From the human T2T-CHM13v2.0 reference genome, Homo sapiens: a DNA stretch of 64,000 nt. The stretch lies in assembly GCF_009914755.1 (NCBI RefSeq), contig NC_060948.1; one strand, written 5' to 3'. The notes under the pieces are model-generated. The model was not told where the DNA came from. It made no database searches and saw only the letters and a list, made by a program, of their open reading frames with translations. Numbering within the stretch: position 1 is the first letter of the stretch; every line of letters starts with the position of its first letter. Position numbers and translations under genes: made by a program. Shown piece after piece: positions 40,501 to 59,867 of this stretch.

Positions 40501-42605
40501 AGATCCGTATTTTTTAAATGAAAAAAAATTTCAAAGGTACTCTGCTTGGTACAATAATCAAATGTATAAACTGAGGAGTAAAACATAACCATGAAACCTA
40601 CTTATAACTGCATATGGAAAATACAGAGGATAATTTTTTAAATAACATATTTTGAAAGCCTTAACTAGTAATTTGAAGAGCTGGCATTTGAAAGGCCAGT
40701 ATGAATATACCTTCAAATCAGCAACACAGGTTCCCCATGAGAAAAAGCAAACACAGGGAAAATAAAAACACAAAGGTTCAATCTCTTCTGACCTTTGAAA
40801 GACACAGCACAGACAGTGGTCCTTAGGACGAAGAGCAGGAGACCCCTAATTCCGTCACCATGGCGATAGGGCATAAACATTGCTGGGTGAGGGCACAATC
40901 CACATTGTGAGGTCCAACTGCTGCCAGGAAGACAGGAGTGCTTTTACATAGACCGAAAGGTCATTGAAGGCTCAGAGTTTTGTTTCAAGAACTGAATCCC
41001 AAGCCCACACGTTATTAGGCTGCGCTTCTTAAAACAAGTTATGAGATGGGAAAAAGGGCACCCACAAACATACGTATACATTATGTATATAATAATATAC
41101 AGTGTCATATATTTAATATATATAACCTATGTATAATATTGTTTTACATCCTGCATCTTATGTTATATATATTGTATAAAATATAATAATTGATAATATA
41201 TAAGTTTTATAATTATACAATATGACATATAGTATATATTATAATTTATGACATATATAATATATGTTATATGTCATATATAGAATATATTATACGGTTA
41301 ATATACGTATTAAATATAAATTATACATTATATATATTATATATAATATATCTGTTATATATAATACCCATTATGCATAATATATATATTATGTCTATGT
41401 TATATATAGTATAAAACAACATATAATAATATATAATTGTATATATAAAATGCGACATATAATATATATTATATTTTATAACATATGTAATTTATATTAT
41501 ATATTATATATAATACGTTGTATGTATAATACCTATATTAAATATATATTATATGACTATGTTATTAATTACATGTCCCATGTGTTATATATTATATATT
41601 TTACATAGAATATACCGGTTACATACAATATATACTATGTTACCTATAATGTATAATTTATTACATGTAAAATAAAGAATGCAATATATTATGTATAATT
41701 TATAATATACCATATGTGGAATGTGATATATATAACATATAATATATGATATATGATATACAGTATATGATATATAACATACAATATATGATTCCTAATA
41801 TATATTGTATACAATATATATTTTATGATATGTATTCTATATGTTTTATATTCTGTTATATATAACTATTTGAAACTATATATAACTGTATAATATTTTA
41901 TGTAAATATGTAATATAATATATATAACTATATAATATATTACATATAACTATATATTATGTTATATATACTTTTATAACATAATTTACATAAAATATCA
42001 TAATGTAATATATATTATATTATTTCACATTACATAATATATATTACATGTCACCCAATATAACTAACATACATAATATTATAATATAGATTATATTGTG
42101 TTATATTAAATATCATATATATCATGTATCATATATTATATAATATATATTACACATTATATAATATGTATGTTGTCTATTATGTGATATATATAACTAT
42201 ATATATAATTATATTTTTATACATATAACTAGATAAACATGTAATTCTACATATTTTCATTTATAATATGTAGAATTATATAATCATATATAATTATTTA
42301 TATTCTATAAAAAATTTTATCATTATATAAATTATAATATATAAAAATTATAATATGTACTACAAATATATATATTATATATCATATATGATATAGTACC
42401 TTTGTTATATATCATAATACATATAAATGTGTATTATGTTATCTATAATTATATAATTTCATATATAAGATGTATAATATGTATCATATATTATATATGT
42501 TATGTAATATATATAGTATATATAAGATGACACAGGATAAATATTATATACTATGACATATAAAATATATCAGGTTATATGTTACATATAAGGCATAGCA
42601 CATAA

Positions 42606-42920
<315 letters not shown>

Positions 42921-45025
42921 AGATCCATATTTTTTAAATGAAAAAAAATTTCAAAGGTACTCTGCTTGGTACAATAATCAAATGTATAAACTGAGGAATA
43001 AAACATAACCATGAAACCTACTTATAACTGCATATGGAAAATACAGAGGATAATTTTTTAAATAACATATTTTGAAAGCCTTAACTAGTAATTTGAAGAG
43101 CTGGCATTTGAAAGGCCAGTATGAATATACCTTCAAATCAGCAACACAGGTTCCCCATGAGAAAAAGCAAACACAGGGAAAATAAAAACACAAAGGTTCA
43201 ATCTCTTCTGACCTTTGAAAGACACAGCACAGACAGTGGTCCTTAGGACGAAGAGCAGGAGACCCCTAATTCCGTCACCATGGCGATAGGGCATAAACAT
43301 TGCTGGGTGAGGGCACAATCCACATCGTGAGGTCCAACTGCTGCCAGGAAGACAGGAGTGCTTTTACATAGACCGAAAGGTCATTGAAGGCTCAGAGTTT
43401 TGTTTCAAGAACTGAATCCCAAGCCCACACGTTATTAGGCTGCGCTTCTTAAAACAAGTTATGAGATGGGAAAAAGGGCACCCACAAACATACGTATACA
43501 TTATGTATATAATAATATACAGTATCATATATATAATATATATAACCTATGTATAATATTGTTTTACATCCTGCATCTTATGTTATATATATTGTATAAA
43601 ATATAATAATTGATAATATATAAGTTTTATAATTATACAATATGACATATAGTATATATTATAATTTATGACATATATAATATATGTTATATATCATATG
43701 TAGAATATATTATACGGTTAATATACGTATTAAATATAAATTATACATTATATATATTATATATAATATATCTGTTATATATAATACCCATTATGCATAA
43801 TATATATATTATGTCTATGTTATATATAGTATAAAACAACATATAATAATATATAATTGTATATATAAAATGCGACATATAATATATATTATATTTTATA
43901 ACATATGTAATATATATTATATATTATATATAATACGTTGTATGTATAATACCTATATTAAATATATATTATATGACTATGTTATTAATTACATGTCACA
44001 TGTGTTATATATTATATATTTTACATAGAATATACCGGTTACATACAATATATACTATGTTACCTATAATGTGTAATTTATTACATGTAAAATAAAGAAT
44101 GCAATATATTATGTATAATTTATAATATACAATATGTGGAATGTGATATATATAACATATAATATATGATATATGATATACAGTATATGATATATAACAT
44201 ATAATATATGATTCCTAATATATATGGTATACAATATATATTTTATGATATGTATTCTATATGTTTTATATTCTGTTATATATAACTATTTGAAATTATA
44301 TATAACTGTATAATATTTTATGTAAATATATAATATAATATATATAACTATATAATATATTATATATAACTATATATTATGTTATATATACTTTTATAAC
44401 ATAATTTACATAAAATATCATAATATAATATATATTATATTATTTCATATTACATAATATATATTACATATCACCCAATATAACTAACATACATAATATT
44501 ATAATATAGATTATATTATGTTATATTAAATATCATATATATCATGTATCATATATTCTATAATATATATTACACTTTATATAATATGTATGTTGTCTAT
44601 TATGTGATATATATAACTATATATATAATTATATTTTTATACATATAACTAGATAACCATGTAATTCTACATATTTTCATTTATAATATGTAGAATTATA
44701 TAATCATATATAATTATTTATATTCTATAAAAAATTTTATCATTATATAAATTATAATATATAAAAATTATAATATGTACTACAAATATATATATTATAT
44801 ATCATATATGATATAGTACCTTTGTTATATATCATAATACATATAAATGTGTATTATGTTATCTATAATTATATAATTTCATATATAAGATGTATAATAT
44901 GTATCATATATTATATATGTTATGTAATATATATAGTATATATAAGATGACACAGGATAAATATTATATACTATGACATATAAAATATATCAGGTTATAT
45001 GTTACATATAAGGCATAGCACATAA

Positions 45026-45340
<315 letters not shown>

Positions 45341-47466
45341 AGATCCATATTTTTTAAATGAAAAAAAATTTCAAAGGTACTCTGCTTGGTACAATAATCA
45401 AATGTATAAACTGAGGAATAAAACATAACCATGAAACCTACTTATAACTGCATATGGAAAATACAGAGGATAATTTTTTAAATAACATATTTTGAAAGCC
45501 TTAACTAGTAATTTGAAGAGTTGGCATTTGAAAGGCCAGTATGAATATACCTTCAAAGCAGCAACACAGGTTCCCCATGAGAAAAAGCAAACACAGGGAA
45601 AATAAAAACACAAAGGTTCAATCTCTTCTGACCTTTGAAAGACACAGCACAGACAGTGGTCCTTAGGACGAAGAGCAGGAGACCCCTAATTCCGTCACCA
45701 TGGCGATAGGGCATAAACATTGCTGGGTGAGGGCACAATCCACATTGTGAGGTCCAACTGCTGCCAGGAAGACAGGAGTGCTTTTACATAGACCGAAAGG
45801 TCATTGAAGGCTCAGAGTTTTGTTTCAAGAACTGAATCCCAAGCCCACACGTTATTAGGCTGCGCTTCTTAAAACAACTTATGAGATGGGAAAAAGGGCA
45901 CCCACAAACATACGTATACATTATGTATATAATAATATACAGTATCATATATATAATATATATAACCTATGTATAATATTGTTTTACATCCTGCATCTTA
46001 TGTTATATATATTGTATAAAATATAATAATTGATAATATATAAGTTTTATAAATATACAATATGACATATAGTATATATTATAATTTATGACATATATAA
46101 TATATGTTATATGTCATATGTAGAATATATTATACGGTTAATATACGTATTAAATATAAATTATACATTATATATATTATATATAATATATCTGTTATAT
46201 ATAATACCCATTATGCATAATATATATACTATGTCTATGTTATATATAGTATAAAACAACATATAATAATATATAATTGTATATATAAAATGCAACATAT
46301 AATATATATTATATTTTATAACATATTTAATATATATTATATATTATATATAATACGTTGTATGTAAAATACCTATATTCAATATATATTATATGACTAT
46401 GTTATTAATTACATGTCACATGTGTTATATATTGTATATTTTACATAGAATATACCGGTAACATACAATATATACTATGTTACCTATAATGTATAATTTA
46501 ATACATGTAAAATAAAGAATGCAATATATTATGTATAATTTATAATATACAATATGTGGAATGTGATATATATAACATATAATATATGATATATGATATA
46601 CAGTATATGATATATAACATACAATATGATTCCTAATATATACGGTATACAATATATATTTTATGATATGTATTCTATATGTTTTATATTCTGTTATATA
46701 TAACTATTTGAAATTATATATAACTGTATAATATTTTATGTAAATATGTAATATAATATATATAACTATATAATATATTATATATAACTATATATTATGT
46801 TATATATACTTTTATAACATAATTTACATAAAATATCATAATATAATATATATTATATTATTTCATATTACATAATATATATTACATATCACCCAATATA
46901 ACTAACATACATAATATTATAATATAGATTATATTGTGTTATATTAAATATCATATATATCATGTATCATATATTCTATAATATATATTACACATTATAT
47001 AATATGTATGCTGTCTATTATGTGATATATATAACTATATATATAATTATATTTTTATACATATAACTAGATAAACATGTAATTCTACATATTTTCATTT
47101 ATAATATGTAGAATTATATAATCATATATAATTATTTATATTCTATAAAAAATTTTATCATTATATAAATTATAATATATAAAAATTATAATATGTACTA
47201 CAAATATATAAATTATATATCATATATGATATAGTACCTTTGTTATATATCATAATACATATAAATGTGTATTATGATATCTATAATTATATAATTTCAT
47301 ATATAAGATGTATAATATGTATCATATATTATATATGTTATGTAATATATATAGTATATATAAGATGACACAGGATAAATATTATATACTATGACATATT
47401 AAATATATGAGGTTATATGATACATATAAGGCATAGCACATAACATGTAATATATATCATATATAA

Positions 47467-47758
47467 TTTTTTTTTAGACAGAATCTTGTCCTGTTGCACA
47501 CGGTGGGGTACAATGGCGCCAACTTTGCTCACTGCAACTTCTGCCTCACGGGTCCAAGCGATTGTCCTCCCTCAGCCTCCCAGGTAGCTGGGACTACACC
47601 ACACTGGGACTACACCAGCTGCCACCATGCCTAGCTAATTTTTTGGATTTTTAGTAGTGACAGCGTTTCACTGTATTGGCCAGGATGGTCTTGATCTCTT
47701 CACCTTGTGATCCCCTTGCCTTGGCCTCCAAATTTGCTGGGATTACAGGCCTGAGCCA
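47467..47758 (-). mobile_element. Diverged Alu (u20 copy)
   Basis: Same Alu hallmarks as u1. Confidence 0.95.
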
Positions 47759-49863
47759 AGATCCATATTTTTTAAATGAAAAAAAATTTCAAAGGTACTC
47801 TGCTTGGTACAATAATCAAATGTATAAACTGAGGAATAAAACATAACCATGAAACCTTCTTATAACTGCATATGGAAAATACAGAGGATAATTTTTTAAA
47901 TAACATATTTTGAAAGCCTTAACTAGTAATTTGAAGAGTTGGCATTTGAAAGGCCAGTATGAATATACCTTCAAAGTAGCAACACAGGTTCCCCATGAGA
48001 AAAAGCAAACACAGGGAAAATAAAAACACAAAGGTTCAATCTCTTCTGACCTTTGAAAGACACAGCACAGACAGTGGTCCTTAGGACGAAGAGCAGGAGA
48101 CCCCTAATTCCGTCACCATGGCGATAGGGCATAAACATTGCTGGGTGAGGGCACAATCCACATTGTGAGGTCCAACTGCTGCCAGGAAGACAGGAGTGCT
48201 TTTACATAGACCGAAAGGTCATTGAAGGCTCAGAGTTTTGTTTCAATAACTGAATCCCAAGCCCACACGTTATTAGGCTGCGCTTCTTAAAACAAGTTAT
48301 GAGATGGGAAAAAGGGCACCCACAAACATACGTATACATTATGTATATAATAATATACAGTATCATATATATAATATATATAAACTATGTATAATATTGT
48401 TTTACATCCTGCATCTTATGTTATATATATTGTATAAAATATAATAATTGATAATATATAAGTTTTATAATTATACAATATGACATATAGTATATATTAT
48501 AATTTATGACATATATAATATATGTTATATATCATATATAGAATATATTATACGGTTAATATACGTATTAAATATAAATTATACATTATATATATTATAT
48601 ATAATATATCTGTTATATATAATACATATTATGCATAATATATATATTATGTCTATGTTATATATAGTATAAAACAACATATAATAATATATAATTGTAT
48701 ATATAAAATGCGACATATAATATATATTATATTTTATAACATATGTAATATATATTATATATTATATATAATACGTTGTATGTATAATACCTATATTAAA
48801 TATATATTATATGACTATGTTATTAATTACATGTCACATGTGTTATATATTATATATTTTACATAGAATATACCGGTAACATACAATATATACTATGTTA
48901 CCTATAATGTATAATTTAATACATGTAAAATAAAGAATGCAATATATTATGTATAATTTATAATATACAATATGTGGAATGTGATATATATAACATATAA
49001 TATATGATATATGATATACAGTATATGATATATAACATACAATATATGATTCCTAATATATATGGTATACAATATATATTTTATGATATGTATTCTATAT
49101 GTTTTATATTCTGTTATATATAACTATTTGAAATTATATATAACTGTATAATATTTTATGTAAATATGTAATATAACATATATAACTATATAATATATTA
49201 TATATAACTATATATTATGTTATATATACTTTTATAACATAATTTACATAAAATATCATAATATAATATATCTTATATTATTTCATATTACATAATATAT
49301 ATTACATATCACCCAATATAACTAACATACATAATATTATAATATAGATTATATTGTGTTATATTACATATCATATATATCATGTATCATATATTCTATA
49401 ATATATATTACACATTATATAATATGTGTGTTGTCTATTATGTGATATATATAACTATATATATAATTATATTTTTATACATATAACTAGATAAACATGT
49501 AATTCTACATATTTTCACTTATAATATGTAGAATTATATAATCATATATAATTATTTATATTCTATAAAAAATTTTATCATTATATAAATTATAATATAT
49601 AAAAATTATAATATGTACTACAAATATATATATTATATATCATATATGATATAGTACCTTTGTTATATATCATAATACATATAAATGTGTATTATGTTAT
49701 CTATAATTATATAATTTCATATATAAGATGTATAATATGTATCATATATTATATATGTTATGTAATATATATAGTATATATAAGATGACACAGGATAAAT
49801 ATTATATACTATGACATATAAAATATATGAGGTTATATGTTACATATAAGGCATAGCACATAA

Positions 49864-50178
<315 letters not shown>

Positions 50179-52292
50179 AGATCCATATTTTTTAAATGAA
50201 AAAAAATTTCAAAGGTACTCTGCTTGGTACAATAATCAAATGTATAAACTGAGGAATAAAACATAACCATGAAACCTACTTATAACTGCATATGGAAAAT
50301 ACAGAGGATAATTTTTTAAATAACATATTTTGAAAGCCTTAAGTAGTAATTTGAAGAGTTGGCATTTGAAAGGCCAGTATGAATATACCTTCAAAGCAGC
50401 AACACAGGTTCCCCATGAGAAAAAGCAAACACAGGGAAAATAAAAACACAAAGGTTCAATCTCTTCTGACCTTTGAAAGACACAGCACAGACAGTGGTCC
50501 TTAGGACGAAGAGCAGGAGACCCCTAATTCCGTCACCATGGCGATAGGGCATAAACATTGCTGGGTGAGGGCACAATCCACATTGTGAGGTCCAACTGCT
50601 GCCAGGAAGACAGGAGTGCTTTTACATAGACCGAAAGGTCATTGAAGGCTCAGAGTTTTGTTTCAAGAACTGAATCCCAAGCCCACACGTTATTAGGCTG
50701 CGCTTCTTAAAACAAGTTATGAGATGGGAAAAAGGGCAACCACAAACATACGTATACATTATGTATATAATAATATACAGTATCATATATATAATATATA
50801 TAACCTATGTATAATATTGTTTTACATCCTGCATCTTATGTTATATATATTGTATAAAATATAATAATTGATAATATATAAGTTTTATAATTATACAATA
50901 TGACATATAGTATATATTATAATTTATGACATATATAATATATGTTATATATCATATATAGAATATATTATACGGTTAATATACGTATTAAATATAAATT
51001 ATACATTATATATATTATATATAATATATCTGTTATATATAATACCCATTATGCATAATATATATATTATGTCTATGTTATATATAGTATAAAACAACAT
51101 ATAATAATATATAATTGTATATATAAAATGCGACATATAATATATATTATATTTTATAACATATGTAATATATATTATATATTATATATAATACGTTGTA
51201 TGTATAATACCTATATTAAATATATATTATATGACTATGTTATTAATTACATGTCACATGTGCTTTATATTATATATTTTACATAGAATATACCGGTAAC
51301 ATACAATATACAATATATACTATGTTACCTATAATGTATAATTTATTACATGTAAAATAAAGAATGCAATATATTATGTATAATTTATAATATACAATAT
51401 GTGGAATGTGATATATATAACATATAATATATGATATATGATATACAGTATATGATATATAACATACAATATATGATTCCTAATATATATGGTATACAAT
51501 ATATATTTTATGATATGTATTCTATATGTTTTATATTCTGTTATATATAACTATTTGAAATTATATATAACTGTATAATATTTTATGTAAATATGTAATA
51601 TAATATATATGACTATATAATATATTATATATAACTATATATTATGTTATATATACTTTTATAACATAATTTACATAAAATATCATAATATAATAAGTAT
51701 TATAATATTTCATATTACATAATATATATTACATATCACCCAACATAACTAACATACATAATATTATAATATAGATTATATTATGTTATATTAAATATCA
51801 TATATATCATGTATCATATATTCTATAATATATATTACACATTATATAATATGTATGTTGTCTATTATGTGATATATATAACTATATATATAATTATATT
51901 TTTATACATATAACTGGATAAACATGTAATTCTACATATTTTCATTTATAATATGTAGAATTATATAATCATATATAATTATTTATATTCTATAAAAAAT
52001 TTTATCATTATATAAATTATAATATATAAAAATTATAATATGTACTACAAATATATATATATTATATATCATATATGATATAGTACCTTTGTTATATATC
52101 ATAATACATATAAATGTGTATTATGTTATCTATAATTATATAATTTCATATATAAGATGTATAATATGTATCATATATTATATATGTTATGTAATATATA
52201 TAGTATATATAAGATGACACAGGATAAATATTATATACTATGACATATAAAATATATGAGGTTATATGTTACATATAAGGCATAGCACATAA

Positions 52293-52607
<315 letters not shown>

Positions 52608-54735
52608 AGATCCATATTTTTTAAATGAAAAAAAATTTCAAAGGTACTCTGCTTGGTACAATAATCAAATGTATAAACTGAGGAATAAAACATAACCATG
52701 AAACCTACTTATAACTGCATATGGAAAATACAGAGGATAATTTTTTAAATAACATATTTTGAAAGCCTTAACTAGTAATTTGAAGAGTTGGCATTTGAAA
52801 GGCCAGTATGAATATACCTTCAAAGCAGCAACACAGGTTCCCCATGAGAAAAAGCAAACACAGGGAAAATAAAAACACAAAGGTTCAATCTCTTCTGACC
52901 TTTGAAAGACACAGCACAGACAGTGGTCCTTAGGACGAAGAGCAGGAGACCCCTAATTCCGTCACCATGGCGATAGGGCATAAACATTGCTGGGTGAGGG
53001 CACAATCCACATTGTGAGGTCCAACTGCTGCCAGGAAGACAGGAGTGCTTTTACATAGACCGAAAGGTCATTGAAGGCTCAGAGTTTTGTTTCAAGAACT
53101 GAATCCCAAGCCCACACGTTATTAGGCTGCGCTTCTTAAAACAAGTTATGAGATGGGAAAAAGGGCACCCACGAACATACGTATACATTATGTATATAAT
53201 AATATACAGTATCATATATATAATATATATAACCTATGTATAATATTGTTTTACATCCTGCATCTTATGTTATATATATTGTATAAAATATAATAATTGA
53301 TAATATATAAGTTTTATAATTATACAATATGACATATAGTATATATTATAATTTATGACATATATAATATATGTTATATATCATATATACAATATATTAT
53401 ACGGTTAATATACGTATTAAATATAAATTATACATTATATATATTATATATAATATATCTGTTATATATAATACCCATTATGCATAATATATATATTATG
53501 TCTTTGTTATATATAGTATAAAACAACATATAATAATATATAATTGTATATATAAAATGCGACATATAATATATATTATATTTTATAACATATGTAATAT
53601 ATATTATATATTATATATAATACGTTGTATGTATAATACCTATATTAAATATATATTATATGACTATGTTATTAATTACATGTCACATGTGTTATATATT
53701 ATATATTTTACATAGAATATACCGGTTACATACAATATATACTATGTTACCTATAATGTATAATTTATTACATGTAAAATAAAGAATGCAATATATTATG
53801 TAAAATTTATAATATACAATATGTGGAATGTGATATATATAACATATAATATATGATATATGATATACAGTATATGATATATAACATACAATATGTGATT
53901 CCTAATATATATGGTATACAATATATATTTTATGATATGTATTCTATATGTTTTATATTCTGTTATATATAACTATTTGAAATTATATATAACTGTATAA
54001 TATTTTATGTAAATATGAAATATAATATATATAACTATATAATATATTATATATAACTATATATTATGTTATATATACTTTTATAACATAATTTACATAA
54101 AATAGCATAATATAATATATATTATATTATTTCATATTACATAATATATATTACATATCACCCAATATAACTAACATACATAATATTATAATATAGATTA
54201 TATTATGTTATATTAAATATCATATATATCATGTATCATATATTCTATAATATATATTACACATTATATAATATGTATGTTGTCTATTATGTGATATATA
54301 TAACTATATATATAATTATATTTTTATACATATAACTAGATAAACATGTAATTCTACATATTTTCATTTATAATATGTAGAATTATATAATCATATATAA
54401 TTATTTATATTCTATAAAAAATTTTATCATTATATAAATTATAATATATAAAAATTATAATATGTACTACAAATATATATATTATATATCATATATGATA
54501 TAGTACCTTTGTTATATATCATAATACATATAAATGTGTATTATGTTATCTATAATTATATAATTTCATATATAAGATGTATAATATGTATCATATATTA
54601 TATATGTTATGTAATATATATAGTATATATATGATGACACAGGATAAATATTATATACTATGACATATAAAATATATGAGGTTATATGTTACATATAAGG
54701 CATAGCACATAACATGTAATATATATCATATATAA

Positions 54736-55027
54736 TTTTTTTTTAGACAGAATCTTGTCCTGTTGCACAGGGTGGGGTACAATGGGGCCATCTTTGCTCA
54801 CTGCAACTTCTGCCTCACGGGTCCAAGCGATTGTCCTCCCTCAGCCTCCCAGGTAGCTGGGACTACACCACACTGGGACTACACCAGCTGCCACCATGCC
54901 TAGCTAATTTTTTGGATTTTTAGTAGTGACAGCGTTTCACTGTATTGGCCAGGATGGTCTTGATCTCTTCACCTTGTGATCCCCTTGCCTTGGCCTCCAA
55001 ATTTGCTGGGATTACAGGCCTGAGCCA
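54736..55027 (-). mobile_element. Diverged Alu (u23 copy)
   Basis: Same Alu hallmarks as u1. Confidence 0.95.
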
Positions 55028-57132
55028 AGATCCATATTTTTTAAATGAAAAAAAATTTCAAAGGTACTCTGCTTGGTACAATAATCAAATGTATAAACTG
55101 AGGAATAAAACATAACCATGAAACCTACTTATAACTGCATATGGAAAATACAGAGGATAATTTTTTAAATAACATATTTTGAAAGCCTTAACTAGTAATT
55201 TGAAGAGTTGGCATTTGAAAGGCCAGTATGAATATACCTTCAAAGCAGCAACACAGGTTCCCCATGAGAAAAAGCAAACACAGGGAAAATAAAAACACAA
55301 AGGTTCAATCTCCTCTGACCTTTGAAAGACACAGCACAGACAGTGGTCCTTAGGACGAAGAGCAGGAGACCCCTAATTCCGTCACCATGGCGATAGGGCA
55401 TAAACATTGCTGGGTGAGGGCACAATCCACATTGTGAGGTCCAACTGCTGCCAGGAAGACAGGAGTGCTTTTACATAGACCGAAAGGTCATTGAAGGCTC
55501 AGAGTTTTGTTTCAAGAACTGAATCCCAAGCCCACACGTTATTAGGCTGCGCTTCTTAAAACCAGTTATGAGATGGGAAAAAGGGCACCCACAAACATAC
55601 GTATACATTATGTACATAATAATATACAGTATCATATATATAATATATATAACCTATGTATAATATTGTTTTACATCCTGCATCTTATGTTATATATATT
55701 TTATAAAATATAATAATTGATAATATATAAGTTTTATATTTATACAATATGACATATAGTATATATTATAATTTATGGCATATATAATATATGTTATATA
55801 TCATATATAGAATATATTATACGGTTAATATACGTATTAAATATAAATTATACATTATATATATTATATATAATATATCTGTTATATATAATACCCATTA
55901 TGCTTAATATATATATTATGTCTATGTTATATATAGTATAAAACAACATATAATAATATATAATTGTATATATAAAATGCGACATAGAATATATATTATA
56001 TTTTATAACATATGTAATATATATTATATATTATATATAATACGTTGTATGTTTAATACCTATATTAAATATATATTATATGACTATGTTATTAATTACA
56101 TGTCACATGTGTTATATATTATATATTTTACATAGAATATACCGGTTACATACAATATATACTATGTTACCTATAATGTATAATTTATTACATGTAAAAT
56201 AAAGAATGCAATATATTATGTATAATTTATAATATACAATATGTGGAATGTGATATATATAACATATAATATATGATATATGATATACAGTATATGATAT
56301 ATAACATACAATATATGATTCCTAATATATATGGTATACAATATATATTTTATGATATGTATTCTATATATTTTATATTCTGTTATATATAACTATTTGA
56401 AATTATATATAACTGTATAATATTTTATGTTAATATGTAATATAATATATATAACTACATAATATGTTATATATAACTATATATTATGTTATATATACTT
56501 TTATAACATAATTTACATAAAATATCATAATTTAATATATATTATATTATTTCATATTACATTATATATATTACATATCACCCAATATAACTAACATACA
56601 TAATATTATAATATAGATTATATTGTGTTATATTAAATATCATATATATCATGTATCATATATTCTATAATATATATTACACATTATATAATATGTATGT
56701 TGTCTATTATGTGATATATATAACTATATATATAATTATATTTTTATACATATAACTAGATAAACATGTAATTCTACATATTTTCATTTATAATATGTAG
56801 AATTATATAATCATATATAATTATTTATATTCTATAAAAAATTTTATCATTATATAAATTATAATATATAAAAATTATAATATGTACTACAAATATATAT
56901 ATTATATATCATATATGATATAGTACCTTTGTAATATTTCATAATACATATAAATGTGTATTATGTTATCTATAATTATATAATTTCATATATAAGATGT
57001 ATAATATGTATCATATATTATAGATGTTATGTAATATATATAGTATATATAAGATGACACAGGATAAATATTATATACTATGACATATAAAATATATGAG
57101 GTTATATGTTACATATAAGGCATAGCACATAA

Positions 57133-57447
<315 letters not shown>

Positions 57448-59552
57448 AGATCCATATTTTTTAAATGAAAAAAAATTTCAAAGGTACTCTGCTTGGTACA
57501 ATAATCAAATGTATAAACTGAGGAATAAAACATAACCATGAAACCTACTTATAACTGCATATGGAAAATACAGAGGATAATTTTTTAAATAACATATTTT
57601 GAAAGCCTTAACTAGTAATTTGAAGAGTTGGCATTTGAAAGGCCAGTATGAATATACCTTCAAAGCAGCAACACAGGTTCCCCATGAGAAAAAGCAAACA
57701 CAGGGAAAATAAAACCACAAAGGTTCAATCTCTTCTGACCTTTGAAAGACACAGCACAGACAGTGGTCCTTAGGACGAAGAGCAGGAGACCCCTAATTCC
57801 GTCACCATGGCGATAGGGCATAAACATTGCTGGGTGAGGGCACAATCCACATTGTGAGGTCCAACTGCTGCCAGGAAGACAGGAGTGCTTTTACATAGAC
57901 CGAAAGGTCATTGAAGGCTCAGAGTTTTGTTTCAAGAACTGAATCCCAAGCCCACACGTTATTAGGCTGCGCTTCTTAAAACAAGTTATGAGATGGGAAA
58001 AAGGGCACCCACAAACATATGTATACATTATGTATATAATAATATACAGTATCATATATATAATATATATAAACTATGTATAATATTGTTTTACATCCTG
58101 CATCTTATGTTATCTATATTGTATAAAATATAATAATTGATAATATATAAGTTTTATAATTATACAATATGACATATAGTATATATTATAATTTATGACA
58201 TATATAATATATGTTATATATCATATATAGAATATATTATACGGTTAATATACGTATTAAATATAAATTATACATTATATATATTATATATAATATATCT
58301 GTTATATATAATACCCATTATGCATAATATATATATTATGTCTATGTTATATATAGTATAAAACAACATATAATAATATATAATTGTATATATAAAATGC
58401 GACATATAATATATATTATATTTTATAACATATGTAATATATATTATATATTATATATAATATGTTGTATGTATAATACCTATATTAAATATATATTATA
58501 TGACTATGTTATTAATTACATGTCACATGTGTTATATATTATATATTTTACATAGAATATACCGGTTACATACAATATATACTATGTTACCTATAATGTA
58601 TAATTTATTACATGTAAAATAAAGAATGCAATATATTATGTATAATTTATAATATACAATATGTGGAATGTGATATATATAACATATAATATATGATATA
58701 TGATATACAGTATATGATATATAACATACAATATATGATTCCTAATATATATGGTATACAATATATATTTTATGATATGTATTCTATATGTTTTATATTC
58801 TGTTATATATAACTATTTGAAATTATATATAACTGTATAATATTTTATGTAAATATGTAATATAATATATATAACTATATAATATATTATATATAACTAT
58901 ATATTATGTTATATATACTTTTATAACATAATTTACATAAAATATCATAATATAATATATATTATATTATTTCATATTACATAATATATATTACATATCA
59001 CCCAATATAACTAACATACATAATATTATAATATAGATTATATTATGTTATATTAAATATCATATATATCATGTATCATATATTCTATAATATATATTGC
59101 ACATTATATAATATGTATGTTGTCTATTATGTGATATATATAACTATATATATAATTATATTTTTATACATATAACTAGATAAACATGTAATTCTACATA
59201 TTTTCATTTATAATATGTAGAATTATATAATCATATATAATTATTTATATTCTATAAAAAATTTTATCACTATATAAATTATAATATATAAAAATTATAA
59301 TATGTACTACAAATATATATATTATATATCATATATGATATAGTACCTTTGTTATATATCATAATACATATAAATGTGTATTATGTTATCTATAATTATA
59401 TAATTTCATATATAAGATGTATAATATGTATCATATATTATAGATGTTATGTAGTATATATAGTATATATAAGATGACACAGGATAAATATTATATACTA
59501 TGACATATAAAATATATGAGGTAATATGTTACATATAAGGCATAGCACATAA

Positions 59553-59867
<315 letters not shown>

